Positions 36,913-49,833 of a stretch of 64,000 nt of DNA are shown here, in pieces. How positions within the stretch are numbered: position 1 is the stretch's first letter; each line of letters begins with the position of its first letter. The translations under genes were made by a program, and so were the position numbers. The notes beneath the pieces are model-generated. The model saw only the letters and a list, made by a program, of their open reading frames with translations, did no database searches and had not been told where the DNA came from. The DNA is from Octopus sinensis. Its lineage: Eukaryota. The stretch lies in contig NC_043005.1 in the NCBI RefSeq assembly GCF_006345805.1, positions 43,152,001 through 43,216,000 on the forward strand, read 5' to 3'.

Positions 36913-39034
36913 ATGAAAATACATATGCGTACATAGACAAACACATATATAAATGTATATTGAAGTTTAGTCTGCAAGTGTTGTTGTGAGGTGGCTACAT
37001 TGTGTTAGAAAGGTTTATAGCTGGTTTTTCCCTATTGACTCAAGTTAATTAGGTTGCAAAGTTATTAGAACAAATGTATATCAGCTTGATGCTACTTCTA
37101 TCAAGGAATTTGTAGAAATTTGGGAAAGTGCTTGCTTATTAGATTTAAGAAAGATCAGGTGTTATTCAGGCTGAAGTAGGCTTAACAGTGTGTTACACAT
37201 TGCTTTTTTTTTTTTTTTTTACCTTTTCAATGATAGTTGTATTCTGTCTAGGTATGTAATGCACATTTTCTTTGATTCCCATTTCCCACTTTTTTTAATA
37301 TCCTTTTCCATGTTTAAAGAATTATTCATTATAAGATCCATTTGCTAATTTTTCTAAACTGATTTTTCCAAAATAGCAAGCATATGGTTGGACTATTTCT
37401 GAATGTACTGCAGGATCTCATAAGTCTGTCTTTTACCCTTCAAACTGTAGTTACTTGAATTTTTCTAAAGAATGATGTCTAAGAAATTAATCCATGCTAT
37501 CTTAACACCATTTATAATATTTGAATATTTTTCTGAAGTTTTTGCTTAGCTAGTGGCTAATTGTTAAGTAGTAGAATTTAATCCATTATCTTTATACTAT
37601 CCCAGCTCAGGTTGGTTATATCTTATCCAAAGAGTAGTATCTAAGATGAATAAACCCATTAAGCCACATATTTTTGTAACATCAAAGCACTCCATGAGTA
37701 TATCAAGTAACTCACGACTATAATGTCTGATCTTGAATGATTCATGAAATAAGAGAGCATCTTACTGTGCATATCACACCAATGCTCATATCATTATTTG
37801 TGGCAAATCTCCTGCCAAACGCTACCACTTTTTTTATTTTTTTTTAATATAAAGAGATTGATTATTTAGGTGTAAATTTCCCCCATATCAAACTGTAAAT
37901 ATGTAGTTTGTCGTTTATGTTATTGAAGCAATTAGTTATCTATGTGCAATTATTCAACAGTGAAAGGTTAGTGGCTTGCATAATACAAGTGTTAATTGAA
38001 TCTAATATATTTTTTACTCGTTTTAACCTAACTAGCTTCTAATAGGGTTAATAAGTGTCATTTAGGATCTGCCATGAAGTTAGTGATCCTTTAATTTGAT
38101 ATAAGGCTGTCAGAAGCCAAACCATCTACACTTTTTGGGGGAGGTGGCTGAAATATTTGCTTTTTTGTAAATTAAGTTGTATGTACTTTGGGTTTCTTGT
38201 ATGTTTTTTGTGATATTACAGGAGAAAAAGTCTTGGTGGGGTTTCAATTTTTTTTGTTTTTTTAATTTTCTTTTTACTGTTCAAGGAAATGTTTTTTTTT
38301 TTTTTAGTTTCTGAAATGTTTCGTTTCATAACATATTCATACATACATACGAGTGTGGTTGTGTGCACCAGTCTATATGTATGTATATATAAATATATAT
38401 ATATATATGTTTTTTTTAATATACCAACTCAAATTTCATATTCAGTGCTCTCTCTCTTTATGGCGTTAGTTCTTATTAGCATTTCAAAAGATGGCTATAT
38501 GCCTGGTCCTCTGTCTATACCCCTGACCATAGTTAAGTAGCTTCTTGACGTTGATGACTTCCTGGTCCTTATGCTGGTCGCTGGTCTATTAATGTTCCTA
38601 CGCTTTCCTTATTTGTCTCTACTCTCCTCTCACCAACATTTTTCTCAACTTCTGCCAACTAGGCTTTCAATCCCAAAGCAGAACGGATGTATTATTGTAG
38701 ACCAGAAAAATTTCCACTTAATTTATTTGTTGATCACAGAGTCAGGAAGTGTTGGTGAAGGAAAAAACTTGAAGTTTTATATCTTTCTTTTTACTTCGGT
38801 GCTACCAATGTGTGACTGTTATGTCTTACGTTGGTTAATTTTTTTTTTTTTTATGCGTTCTGTATTTGTGTGCATTTAGGTATATATGTATGACTGCATA
38901 TGTGTGTGTGTGAGGTGTGTGTAAGTTAACACATACATGATAGGCAAAATCTCAATTCATTTATTTCACCACCTACCTGAATTACATATACGTATACTTA
39001 CACAACAGAAACACATTCATATTTGTGTATATGT

Positions 39035-39082
<48 letters not shown>

Positions 39083-39879
39083 TATTCTCGAGATGCTTAT
39101 TCTCTGTGTATTTTCTATGAGTCATAATTTGTTTTCATATTATTTAGAGATTTCAAAAAAAATTTTTTAAATAATTTTTCATTCTATCATTAGGTATTTG
39201 TTACTAAGTGAAATTTTTTCACCCAGACTTACATACCAAAAACATGAAAACACCTGGCATTAGCATCTTTCATTTTTTTAATGTTTCTTTTTTTTGCTCA
39301 TTTTGTATTGGTATCGTCTTGTGTTCTTTTAATCTGGTAATAATGTTTACCTGTTTGTGAACAGGTCTTTGTTTTTGTTTTTTTGGCTATTATTTGTCAA
39401 ATATTCCTTGTGGATTTTTTGTACTGATGTCCTCTGGGATTGGCATAATAGTGCATTTTAAACTAGTGTGTGCAAAACATACAAACACACACAAACTTAT
39501 GTATGTCCTAGGAGGCTCATTAGTATGCATTATGTTGGTTTAATGATGTTATTTAAGTTTATTTCACCAGTATCCTTTGAGGTTGGTTTATCTGTGTCAC
39601 CTGTGGTTTCATTGCCAGGATTCTCTGATATGATTTAGCTGTATTCTCCAAGATATCACCCCAATTATTCTTATACTGGTGACATCCTCAAACAATGCTA
39701 AATGTATTGTTTTTGTCTTTATATTTGTTACCACTTAGTCAGTCTATGAAAGCATGCTGTATGGTTATGCACTTACTAAAATATATTCCAGTATTTGTCA
39801 AAAAAAAAAAAAAAAAATTAGACAACATACCATTTCTAATTCATACTTAAATCACTGTAGGTAGAAAGAATATTGCTTC

Positions 39880-40292
39880 ACATTTTGAGGAGAGGGGCAA
39901 GTTGATATATCAACTCCAGTGGTCAACTAATTTCTTTTTATCAACCCTGGAAGACCAGAAGGTAAAAATTGACTTTGGCAGAGTTTGAACTCAAGAACTT
40001 AAAGATCTGGAAGAACTGCTGTTAAGCATTTTGTCTGGTGATCTAATGATTCTGTCAGCTTGCTGCCTTAGGAAAAATAGAATTTGATATAGATATCTGG
40101 TATGCTGGTGCCACATAAAAATCACCCAGTATACTCTGTAAAGTGGTTGGCATTAGGAAGGGCACCTAGCCATAGAAACCTTGTCAAATCAGACAATTGG
40201 AGCCTGGTGCAGCTTTCTGGCTTTCCAGCTCCTGTCAGTGTCCAACCAATGCCAGCATAGATGACAGATGTTAAATCATGATGGTGATGATA
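39880..40292. mobile_element. SINE C (minus, about 39880-40070) and RTE-tail element (plus, about 40098-40292)
   Basis: Motif matches to the other copies. Confidence 0.7.
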
Positions 40293-40663
40293 TCAAAACT
40301 GAAATAACCATCTTCATATATATATATAAACTGACATCCATTAATATGTGACTAAAAATTACTTTTAATGGAAGTACCCCAGTATGGCCTCAGTTAACTG
40401 CTTAAAACAGGTAAACTATTCAGCATTCACATGTCTGTATGTTACAAATTTCTTTCTGATTGTTATCTCCTTGCTCTTTTTAAATGCTGATAGAATCTGT
40501 TGCCATGTAGTTTTTGATATGATGTGTTAGAATATAAATTTTTTGACATTTTTTTTTCTCTTGCATACACAGTTTAACAAACTTTGTTTCATTGCATATT
40601 TTTCGTAAAAAAAAATATCTATGAATATAGTGATGTTGATGCTTCATATTGACACACCACAAG

Positions 40664-41368
40664 CAGGACCATCTTAAGGTATGGGCACACTGGGCAGGTG
40701 CCTGGTGGTCTCAAGGATCTTAGGGGCTCATTCTCATCTGCAGCTTTCAGTCAATAAATAAATACTGTAGGGCACAGTGCATCGATTTGCCCAAGGATCT
40801 CACTGGTCTAGGGGCCCAGTTTTAATCTACATATACTGTGATTTGCTGTGTCGATAAATAAGTACTTTAGAGGCATGTCAAGGTGCATGGCTCAGTGGTT
40901 TGAGTGTTGGGCTCACAATCATGAGGCTGTGAGTTCGATTCCCGGACCAGGCTATGTGTTGTGTTCTTGAGCAAGACACTTTATTTTACGTTGCTCCAGT
41001 TCACTCAGCAGTAGAAATGCATTGAGGCATCACTGGTGCCAAGCTGTATCAGCCTTTGCCTTTCCTTTGGATAACACCAGTGGTGTGGAGAGGGGAGGCT
41101 GGTATGCATGGGCGGCTGCTGGTTGCCCATAAACAAATTTGCTGGGACTTGTGCTTTGGTGGTACAATTCCATGGTCATTCATGACCAAAGGGCATTTTT
41201 ACCCTTTTTTAGGTGGGGTGGGGAGCAGTGCATTGATTTGCCCAGGAGTCGTGGTTTAGAGGCCCAATTCTGACCATGTATGCTGCAGTTTGCAGTTAAT
41301 AAATAAATGCTAAAAGACTCAGGATAGTCATTTGCCCAGGGGCCTATAAGACTCTTAAGACAACCCTG
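40664..41368. mobile_element. MITE with 15-bp imperfect TIRs, containing a SINE D insertion (about 40870-41200)
   Basis: CAGGACCATCTTAAG / CTTAAGACAACCCTG (11/15 complementary); internal repeated CAGTGCAT(C/T)GATTTGCCCA...GGCCCA...ATAAATAA units. Confidence 0.65.
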
Positions 41369-41443
41369 ACCATGGGTAACAAATGTTTTAGCATGTGACA
41401 TCCTGCTGGTGACAATTTTCTGTATCATCTTTGCTATCATATA

Positions 41444-41486
<43 letters not shown>

Positions 41487-41492
<6 letters not shown>

Positions 41493-42327
41493 AAAAATTC
41501 TAATGGTGACAGTGTTGGAGTTCTTGTAAAATGAAGATTGTTGCTTGTTCTCATCTTAATGTTGACACTGTCGGTGTTCACATTGTAATGTTGATACTGA
41601 AGTTTGTTTTTCTGTTTGCATTTCCCTTGTGATGTTGATATTGTTGTGTACACATTGTGATGTTGACACTTTTGATGATTCATTTGTAATACCACAGTAA
41701 ATGTTTCCATTATAATATGACACACTGTTGCGTTCACATTATACTGTTGACACTGTTGTGTTCACATTATACTGTTGACACTGTTATGTTCACAACATAA
41801 TATTGCCTCTCTTGGTGTTCACATTCTAATGTTGACACTTGTGTTCTCACTATTATGTTGACACTGTTGTGTTCATATAATGTTGACGCTGTTGTGTTCA
41901 CATAATGTTCACACTGTTGTGTTCGCATTATAGTGCTGACATTGGTGTTAACATTCAAATGTTGGCATTTATTGCTTGTGTTCTAACACTGATGTTTAAC
42001 ATACAATTGGTGTTCTCCTTCTAATGATGCTTGTTGTTGTATTAGTTGTTCTCTGTTAACATCTACTATTGACACCAGCTGTTATCGTTTTGCTAAATGC
42101 ACTCTCTTATTGTTGTTCTCTGTATTTGTTGATTATATCCTATTAACATCTATTGCACTTTACAAACACTGATTATTAGATTTCTGTGTTGCTATTTATA
42201 TCATACAATCATTCCTTCCTGCTATACTATTAACGTGTTGGCTATAAACTATGTTTATGCTGTGAATGAATTGCACCAATTGCTTTGACCATCTCACTAC
42301 TACAGCTGTGATGTGTGTATGTATATA

Positions 42328-42399
<72 letters not shown>

Positions 42400-43239
42400 A
42401 AAAATTCTAATGGTGACAGTGTTGGAGTTCTTGTAAAATGAAGATTGTTGCTTGTTCTCATCTTAATGTTGACACTGTCGGTGTTCACATTGTAATGTTG
42501 ATACTGAAGTTTGTTTTTCTGTTTGCATTTCCCTTGTGATGTTGATATTGTTGTGTACACATTGTGATGTTGACACTTTTGATGATTCATTTGTAATACC
42601 ACAGTAAATGTTTCCATTATAATATTGACACACTGTTGCGTTCACATTATACTGTTGACACTGTTGTGTTCACATTATACTGTTGACACTGTTATGTTCA
42701 CAACATAATATTGCCTCTCTTGGTGTTCACATTCTAATGTTGACACTTGTGTTCTCACTATTATGTTGACACTGTTGTGTTCATATAATGTTGACGCTGT
42801 TGTGTTCACATAATGTTCACACTGTTGTGTTCGCATTATAGTGCTGACATTGGTGTTAACATTCAAATGTTGGCATTTATTGCTTGTGTTCTAACACTGA
42901 TGTTTAACATACAATTGGTGTTCTCCTTCTAATGATGCTTGTTGTTGTATTAGTTGTTCTCTGTTAACATCTACTATTGACACCAGCTGTTATCGTTTTG
43001 CTAAATGCACTCTCTTATTGTTGTTCTCTGTATTTGTTGATTATATCCTATTAACATCTATTGCACTTTACAAACACTGATTATTAGATTTCTGTGTTGC
43101 TATTTATATCATACAATCATTCCTTCCTGCTATACTATTAACGTGTTGGCTATAAACTATGTTTATGCTGTGAATGAATTGCACCAATTGCTTTGACCAT
43201 CTCACTACTACAGCTGTGATGTGTGTATGTATATATGTG

Positions 43240-43260
<21 letters not shown>
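41487..43260. repeat. Near-identical tandem duplication, ~907-908-bp period
   Basis: 41487-42340 is repeated at 42394-43245; the only difference I spotted is a 1-nt insertion (AATATGAC vs AATATTGAC); units separated by (TA)n. Confidence 0.95.
41560..41960. repeat. Degenerate 25-28-bp minisatellite (copied at about 42470-42870)
   Basis: Unit CACTGTTGTGTTCACATTATACTGTTGA and variants. Confidence 0.85.
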
Positions 43261-43280
<20 letters not shown>

Positions 43281-43712
43281 GTATATACATATATGACCAA
43301 AGGGCATTTTTGTATATATATATATAGATATACACACACACACATTTTATATGCGTGCGTATATGCTGCTATATTTGTGTTTATGCACTATGTGTTTATG
43401 TTCTCACAAATGTATTGTGTGTCAGTCATATGACTGCATATGCATTTCAGTGCACCCGTCATTTATTGCAGATGTATGTCTGTGTGTCAGGCATGCTGGT
43501 GTTTGCTGTTGTGGCTGCATATTGCTCTCTTAAAAACTCCACGTATCTAAGTTTGTGTGTGTGTGTGTGTGTTGGTATGTTTCTTGCAGTTTCATATTTG
43601 CATATATGCATTGCAGTTTCCCTGTGTGCCAGTCATGTGCTGCGATCTTCTATTTAACCACTAGCCATGCTGTAATTTTAAAACTGGAAAGTTCTATGTG
43701 ATACATTCTCTC

Positions 43713-44116
43713 TCTATATATATATAAAGCTGAAGTTGTCTGTGTATGGCAGGTTTGGTAGCCTTCAACTAACACTATCTCCTCCGAGACCCTGCGGCGC
43801 AAGTTGACCAAACTTGAAAGTATGATAGAAGAAAGCTTGCTCTTCCTTCTGTAGAAGAAAAAATTCAAATCGGACCATGTTAAGACCAAAAATTATTTAC
43901 ATCAAAAAGGTGCTTTTCTTCTATGAAAATCCCTATTTTTTACGATTTTTTTGAGTGCTGTGTCACCACTTTTCAGTGTATTTCAACCAGAAAAATGTTC
44001 ACTTTTCAGTGTATTTCAACCAGAAAAATAGAATAACAAGCTACATAATCTAAAGTTTTTACTTTTCAAAAATTCCAATTCTAACGGGTCGAAGCAATGC
44101 TGAGCGATACTGCTAG
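43713..44116 (+). mobile_element. Non-autonomous Helitron-like element
   Basis: 5' TCTATATATATATAAAGC start, GC-rich subterminal segment and 3' CTAG (44113-44116) followed by T; internal 30-bp direct repeat at 43967-43996/44000-44029. Confidence 0.6.
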
Positions 44117-44219
44117 TTATGGGTAAAACCAACATGATATTTGCCAGTCGCAACCCTTTTGAATGTACATGTAGTACCAATACCTCTAGGTACCAATGAT
44201 TTATAACAACCTCCAAGAA

Positions 44220-44720
44220 TGATGCCGTTGAGCCAGCTGATCTTGGCTAGGATCCAGTAAAACTAAGGTGTCTGAGAACTTGAGATATTGAATGTTGTTA
44301 GCTCAGTGTTATGGACATTATTGAGGATGTTGTTGTTGTTGTCGTTGCTGTTATGTCACCGGATATGGCAGTAGGTAGATGGGTTAATCGAGTCTTATTT
44401 GGTAGTTTGATGAAGAGATGATGTCTTAAGTTGGTTGTAGTCGATGATATGAATAAGTGAAGTGTTACCTTCTGGTAGAGGACCATACTCCACACCCAGC
44501 TATGGCAGTGTCTGGTTGTGAGGTGAAGGATGTTATACAATGATAATAATGGATCGTTACTTGAGCAGCTGGTAGGTATATTTGTATATATATATATATA
44601 TATGTATGTTTGTGGTGAGGATAAAGATATGATTATAGGTAGATATGAATAATAGTTTGGTGAAGTTCTATAAGTTTATAGTAAGGGATATGCCAAGGAT
44701 ACTGAGGAATGACGTAATTT
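44220..44720 (-). mobile_element. Possible decayed LINE endonuclease-region fragments
   Basis: Coding-like composition with stops; pieces such as SLIHIIDYNQL and ELHQTIIHIYL weakly resemble non-LTR APE endonucleases; eyeball match only. Confidence 0.2.
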
Positions 44721-45672
44721 CCAAGTGATTCATGGCACGCTGAAGTATATCTGGAGATAATGAAGGTTAAGAACATATAGAATGATAAAATAGATAGGAG
44801 AAAAAATATAGACAATTTAGACAAAGTTTAAATATAATGACGTTAGTAAAAATTAAATTCTTGTGTTTCCAGTTTTATAAGTAACTCTATACTGAATGAA
44901 CACCTAATAGGCATCATATATTTCTCAGTATCCATCATTGAAACATTATTTAATTTCTATGTTTTCCTTAATCAAAACAGTATTATAGAATTTATAGAAA
45001 GTTACTGATTGTCAGAATGTACTGAGAATGTATTCTATAATTTACTAAAAAAATTACAGAGCCTTACATACACACACATACACACACGTTACCGTTATTG
45101 TTTAGAACATGAACATTACATTGTACTGTGTATGTGTGATTCTGAGTTTAGCACTAAACTAGTTTTGATTTAATTTGGCGCTTCACCATCAGACCATTCT
45201 CTTCCTGTTCTGGCCTTCTCTGTTGCCTTATAAGTGCAAAGAAATAATTTAATGTCTTAGCCAGGACACAGCTGAGTGCCAATGTTGTTATAGAGACTAA
45301 AGATACTTCACACCATCCGCTCAACTATGGCAACTGATATCAAAATTAAATGAAAATATGTTTACATCTTCTATATATATATTTATATATTTTTGTGTGT
45401 AGTAGGATTTTTATTTTACTGAGGAAGAAATGACTGAATGCCCTTACAGTGAGTCATTGACAACTGAAAAAAATTAGGACTTTAGCCAACTGACTAAGTG
45501 GTCGCTGGATGGTATAATTTTATTAGTATCACTCTATCTCTGAAGTTAACTCAGTCCATCCACCTGTGAATATGTGCCATAGGTAGACACAGTTTACCAC
45601 TGTCGGTAGTAGGAGTTTTATAAATCTCTCACTAACTTGTGTTACATTACAACAGTCTCAAACTTATGAACT

Positions 45673-45901
45673 TTAACCCTTTAGCATTCAGATTATTCTG
45701 TTAAAGGTAATGCCTCTTCATTCACATTGTTTTGAATTAATCAGGCATTATCTTGTGGCTTCAAGATTTCATTGATGTGACTGCTTAATTTTACAATGAC
45801 ATACCAGGATAGGTATGAGGGGCCAGATATGGGTGGTTTGAGCATAAAATGATGCGGAATATTTTGGTCGGATATTGCCAGTTTAAATGCTAAAGTGTTA
45901 A
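45673..45901. mobile_element. TTAA-flanked MITE family 1
   Basis: TTAA|CCCTTTAGCATT...AATGCTAAAGTG|TTAA. Confidence 0.85.
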
Positions 45902-47911
45902 ATGGAAACTGTCGACATTATAAAAAGGAAATGCTGTAGAATAGTCTACAAAAAGCTAAGTTTACGGCCCAGCTTCATTTCCTAGTAGTAGCCATTTCCC
46001 CTGACAACACTAATGCTCTTCAAAGGACATGCGTATCACATTGCCTCTTGTGGCTTCCTGGAGAAAGCTTCAGTATGTCTTTCCATTATTTACCATATGA
46101 CACAGTTTACCATCTCAAACTACATATACTGATCTTCTGTATTATTTTTGTCTTTAACACATTATTAAAATCTGACAAATTACTATGAAAATTCCTGCTC
46201 TTCACAATCCGATGTTGTCTGATGACTCTGTCACCCACTTGCTTAACTTTAAGTAGATTATTCATCTTCCAGTCAGAAGTTTCGTTCTAATCAACGTTGA
46301 TTTAATCTTTCTTCTTCCTAGCATTACAAGGATAACAGTCCATTGCTACTTAGGGCCTGTTTGATAAGAATTTAATACTACTTAGGGCTCATATAAAACT
46401 AATCACTTAATACTTAAGGCTTATATAAAAAGTTCATTGTTTTCTATAAAAATTCTATATTCTTTTAATCGTAGAATTTGACACAGAATTTATTATTTAA
46501 CAGTTCTAAGACCTTTGAGTAGTAGAAATAGAATATCTGGTTAAATCTCTTGCAGTATTTAATAACATTGCTTCACATTCTGGTTTCAAGTCCTGTTGAG
46601 GTCAGCTTTGCCTTTCACCTAGTTGGTAAAAGGGTACTTTCTGTCTATCTTCTTTCTTGCATTATACAATACTTTTTCTTACTTTTTCTTTAAATAGTTG
46701 TTTCTGAAAAGCTAGTTGAAAGAAAAAGCAGAATATTGTAGATATTGACACTTTCTGAAGTTACTTCATTTTGAGTTTGAGTTTGTAATCTTAATGTCTT
46801 GGCTGTATTTTTCAATTTTCTGTTTGCTAGTATCTCCATCATGGAATGTATCTGGTTCTTAGTCTGTATTTAGTAAAATACACTCAAGCAAAGTTACTTT
46901 GCCTTTCTGGATTTGACATTTAGGACATATTCTTGCAATTAAACTGATTCCCTTTGTTGAACTCATCAACCATCCAAATCCATCAAAATAAAGAAAAAGG
47001 TGAAAAAAGAAAAAAGAAAAAAAGAACAGAAGCAAGAATATAGGATGGGAGTGTCATGGATGGCAGGGACTCAACAAAACCACTCACACACAGATATTCT
47101 TTTTTTTAATTGATTGTTGATTCTTACAAGTTGTTCCAGTTAACAATTCTACTCTTTCTATATCCAAGAGGCAGTTGCCAAAAATCGAGAGAACCATAAT
47201 GGTTTGCTCCAGGCATTGCATTGCATCGTTTGGAGGAGAAAAGAGACAGCTTTACCTTTCTACTAGTTATTGTCTCTGATAATTGTGAAGTCAATGACTC
47301 TGTATCCTGTTTGTAAGACTAGACAGATACTCCTGCGAGTCGACTCGCTCTCAAAGGAATACCAAAGAACCATTGATTCTTCAGTATATTTGTTTTTGTT
47401 TTTTTTCTTTTCTTTTTTTTTTTTTGTTCTTTGTCATAATTATTGATTATCTGCATGTCTTTTTCTTCCTTAGTGCTAGCTACATAGTGCCTGTTCTCTT
47501 ATTTTCTATGGATTCCTTGTTGCTAACCAGTACTATAGAGATTTATATTTTTCTCCTCCTTACATAGGCACTAGTTAGCTTTCTTTATACACGGACAAGT
47601 ACACATTTATTAAAGTATTGCTACTCTAGACTTAGTGACCTATACTGCTGGTGCAATCTAAATCACTATTGATTAATTTTTTTTCTTTATGGATTAATCT
47701 ATCTAACTGCTGTTTATGCAGCCCTTTACAGCACAACTACTAAAGATTGTTGTCATTGATGACGACGATGACGATGACGATGATGATGATAATGATTGAA
47801 CATGTTGCTTCTGCTGCAGGCATTTTGTTTCTAAACTTCAACTACATTTTACTGCATCGCACTATTTCCTTTGTAATCGAGATATCTTTTGTTTTAACAA
47901 TAATAAATAGT

Positions 47912-47945
<34 letters not shown>

Positions 47946-48969
47946 TAGTTATGGTTTGTTGTTGCCATTGTGGGCTGTGGCACATTCTATGTTATCATAT
48001 GGCTGTTGCCTAGACATTAGGGTAAATATGCTGGCTGGTGTAACTTTTGGAATATATATATATATATTGTGTGTGTATGTAATAATTCATATGTATGAAG
48101 TGATTTTGTTCATATGAAAGGATTGGCCCAAAACTGGTTGAGGTCCCCTTGGAATTGAAGGGTTTTCTTTTAAGCGTGGCTGTTGTTTTTTTTTAAGTCC
48201 CTACTTAACAAAAGACAACATGCATTTCTTGTGAGTTCTGGTCTATATTTGTAAGAATAGAAGCATTTATTATCAAGCTACGCTGCCTTTAGCGTTAAGC
48301 ACTTGGAACCCATTTCTTCTCGCCAAATATTTCACTGGTAAACGAGAGACGTCTTATTTAATCTGTTAAATAGGAAAAATATTATTATTTATTCGTATAA
48401 AATAGTTATCAATATATGCAATCCGTTTATGTTACTGGTCTTTAAAGTAAGTTTTGAAATAGCAGCCAGTTCTACCCCATGTAGAAACTGAAATTATTTC
48501 AATTTCCACATGGACTATTAAAGTGTAATATAATTCTGAAATCATCAACCAAAAATACATATATATGTTAATTGTTTATAACTTAAAAACACATAAAACT
48601 CTCTCTTGCCCTCTGTCTTGTCCCCTCCCTCTCTGTCTCTCTCCTGCTGTTCTTTCTTCCTCTCTCCCTCCCCTCGTGTCTTATGAGTAATTGGTTAAGA
48701 ATAAAATAACAAACATTTGTGAACATATATTTGCATATCTCTTACATAGTTTTGTAGTAACATATTACAAAATAATATTATTATTGGTTTAGTTTTCTTA
48801 AATGGATTTGATATACTATTATAACAATTTTATTTTAGTTTCCATCCACTTTCATGTTTAATGTTGACTGGTTTGTGTGTGTGTATGTATGTGTGTGTGT
48901 GTTAGAAGAAATTGAAAATGCACTCGATGTCTTCAAAAGTTGAGTAAGATGTAAGGACTTGGAGCTATG

Positions 48970-49271
48970 TGGAGGCACATGGCCTAGTGGTTAGAGCAGC
49001 GGACTCACGGTCGAGGGATCACAGGTTCGAATCTCAGACTGGGCGATGTGTGTGTTTATGAGTGAAACACCTAAGCTCCACGCGGCTCCAACAGAAGATA
49101 ATGGCGAACTTCTGCTGACTCTTTCACCACAACTTTCTCTCACTCTTTCCTCCTGCATCTTGCAACTCACCTGCGACGGACTGGCGTCCCGTCCAGGTGG
49201 GGAACCTATACGCCAAGGAAACTGGGAAACCGGCCCTCATGAGCCAGGCGTGGCTCGAGAAGGAACAAACA
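48970..49271 (+). mobile_element. Young tRNA-derived SINE family E
   Basis: A box TGGCCTAGTGG, B box GGTTCGAATC, CpGs retained; TSD ACTTGGAGCTATG (48957-48969) / ACTCGGAGCTATG (49272-49284). Confidence 0.9.
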
Positions 49272-49802
49272 ACTCGGAGCTATGCTTGTATTTGTCTTAA
49301 CTTTTCGACTGGAATTTGAAAATTTGCTCCTTTTTATGGAGAAAAAGTAACTCAAATTGCCATCATTTGAAGCAGAGTTTGGTTGGTTGAAGCTGGTCAT
49401 GAGGTCAGTGGGTTGTGTGATTGAATGATAGTTGCATTAGCTTCAGATCTGTCCTTCTTAACTTATGTTTGAAAGTCATGAAATTGTGCAAACTGTTATG
49501 TAAATGTATATAAATCTTTTTAAAGACTGCAAGTACATTTTAAACGTCCTTTCTTTATATTTCTACTTGTGTGAAAACCTCCACCCAACTTATTTTCTTC
49601 TGTGTGTGTGTGTGCATATTGTTGTGTACAAATACATATGTATGCTTATGTTTGTTTCATTGTGTATGTTTGTGTGTGTATATCTATACATATGTATGTA
49701 TATATTTGTTTGTGTGTATGGGTGCAGGTGTGTTTATATATGGGCATGTCTATGTATTGAAATTAACCAATGCTTTCATTATTATTATTATTATTATTAT
49801 TA

Positions 49803-49833
<31 letters not shown>

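Noticed and set aside
46289-47348. 14-bp perfect palindromes AATCAACGTTGATT (46289) and GCGAGTCGACTCGC (47335)
   Set aside because: Several 14-bp palindromes are expected by chance in 64 kb
48970-49045. tRNA-like sequence with A and B boxes (also the heads of the other SINEs)
   Set aside because: No complete cloverleaf; it continues into a SINE body with a TSD
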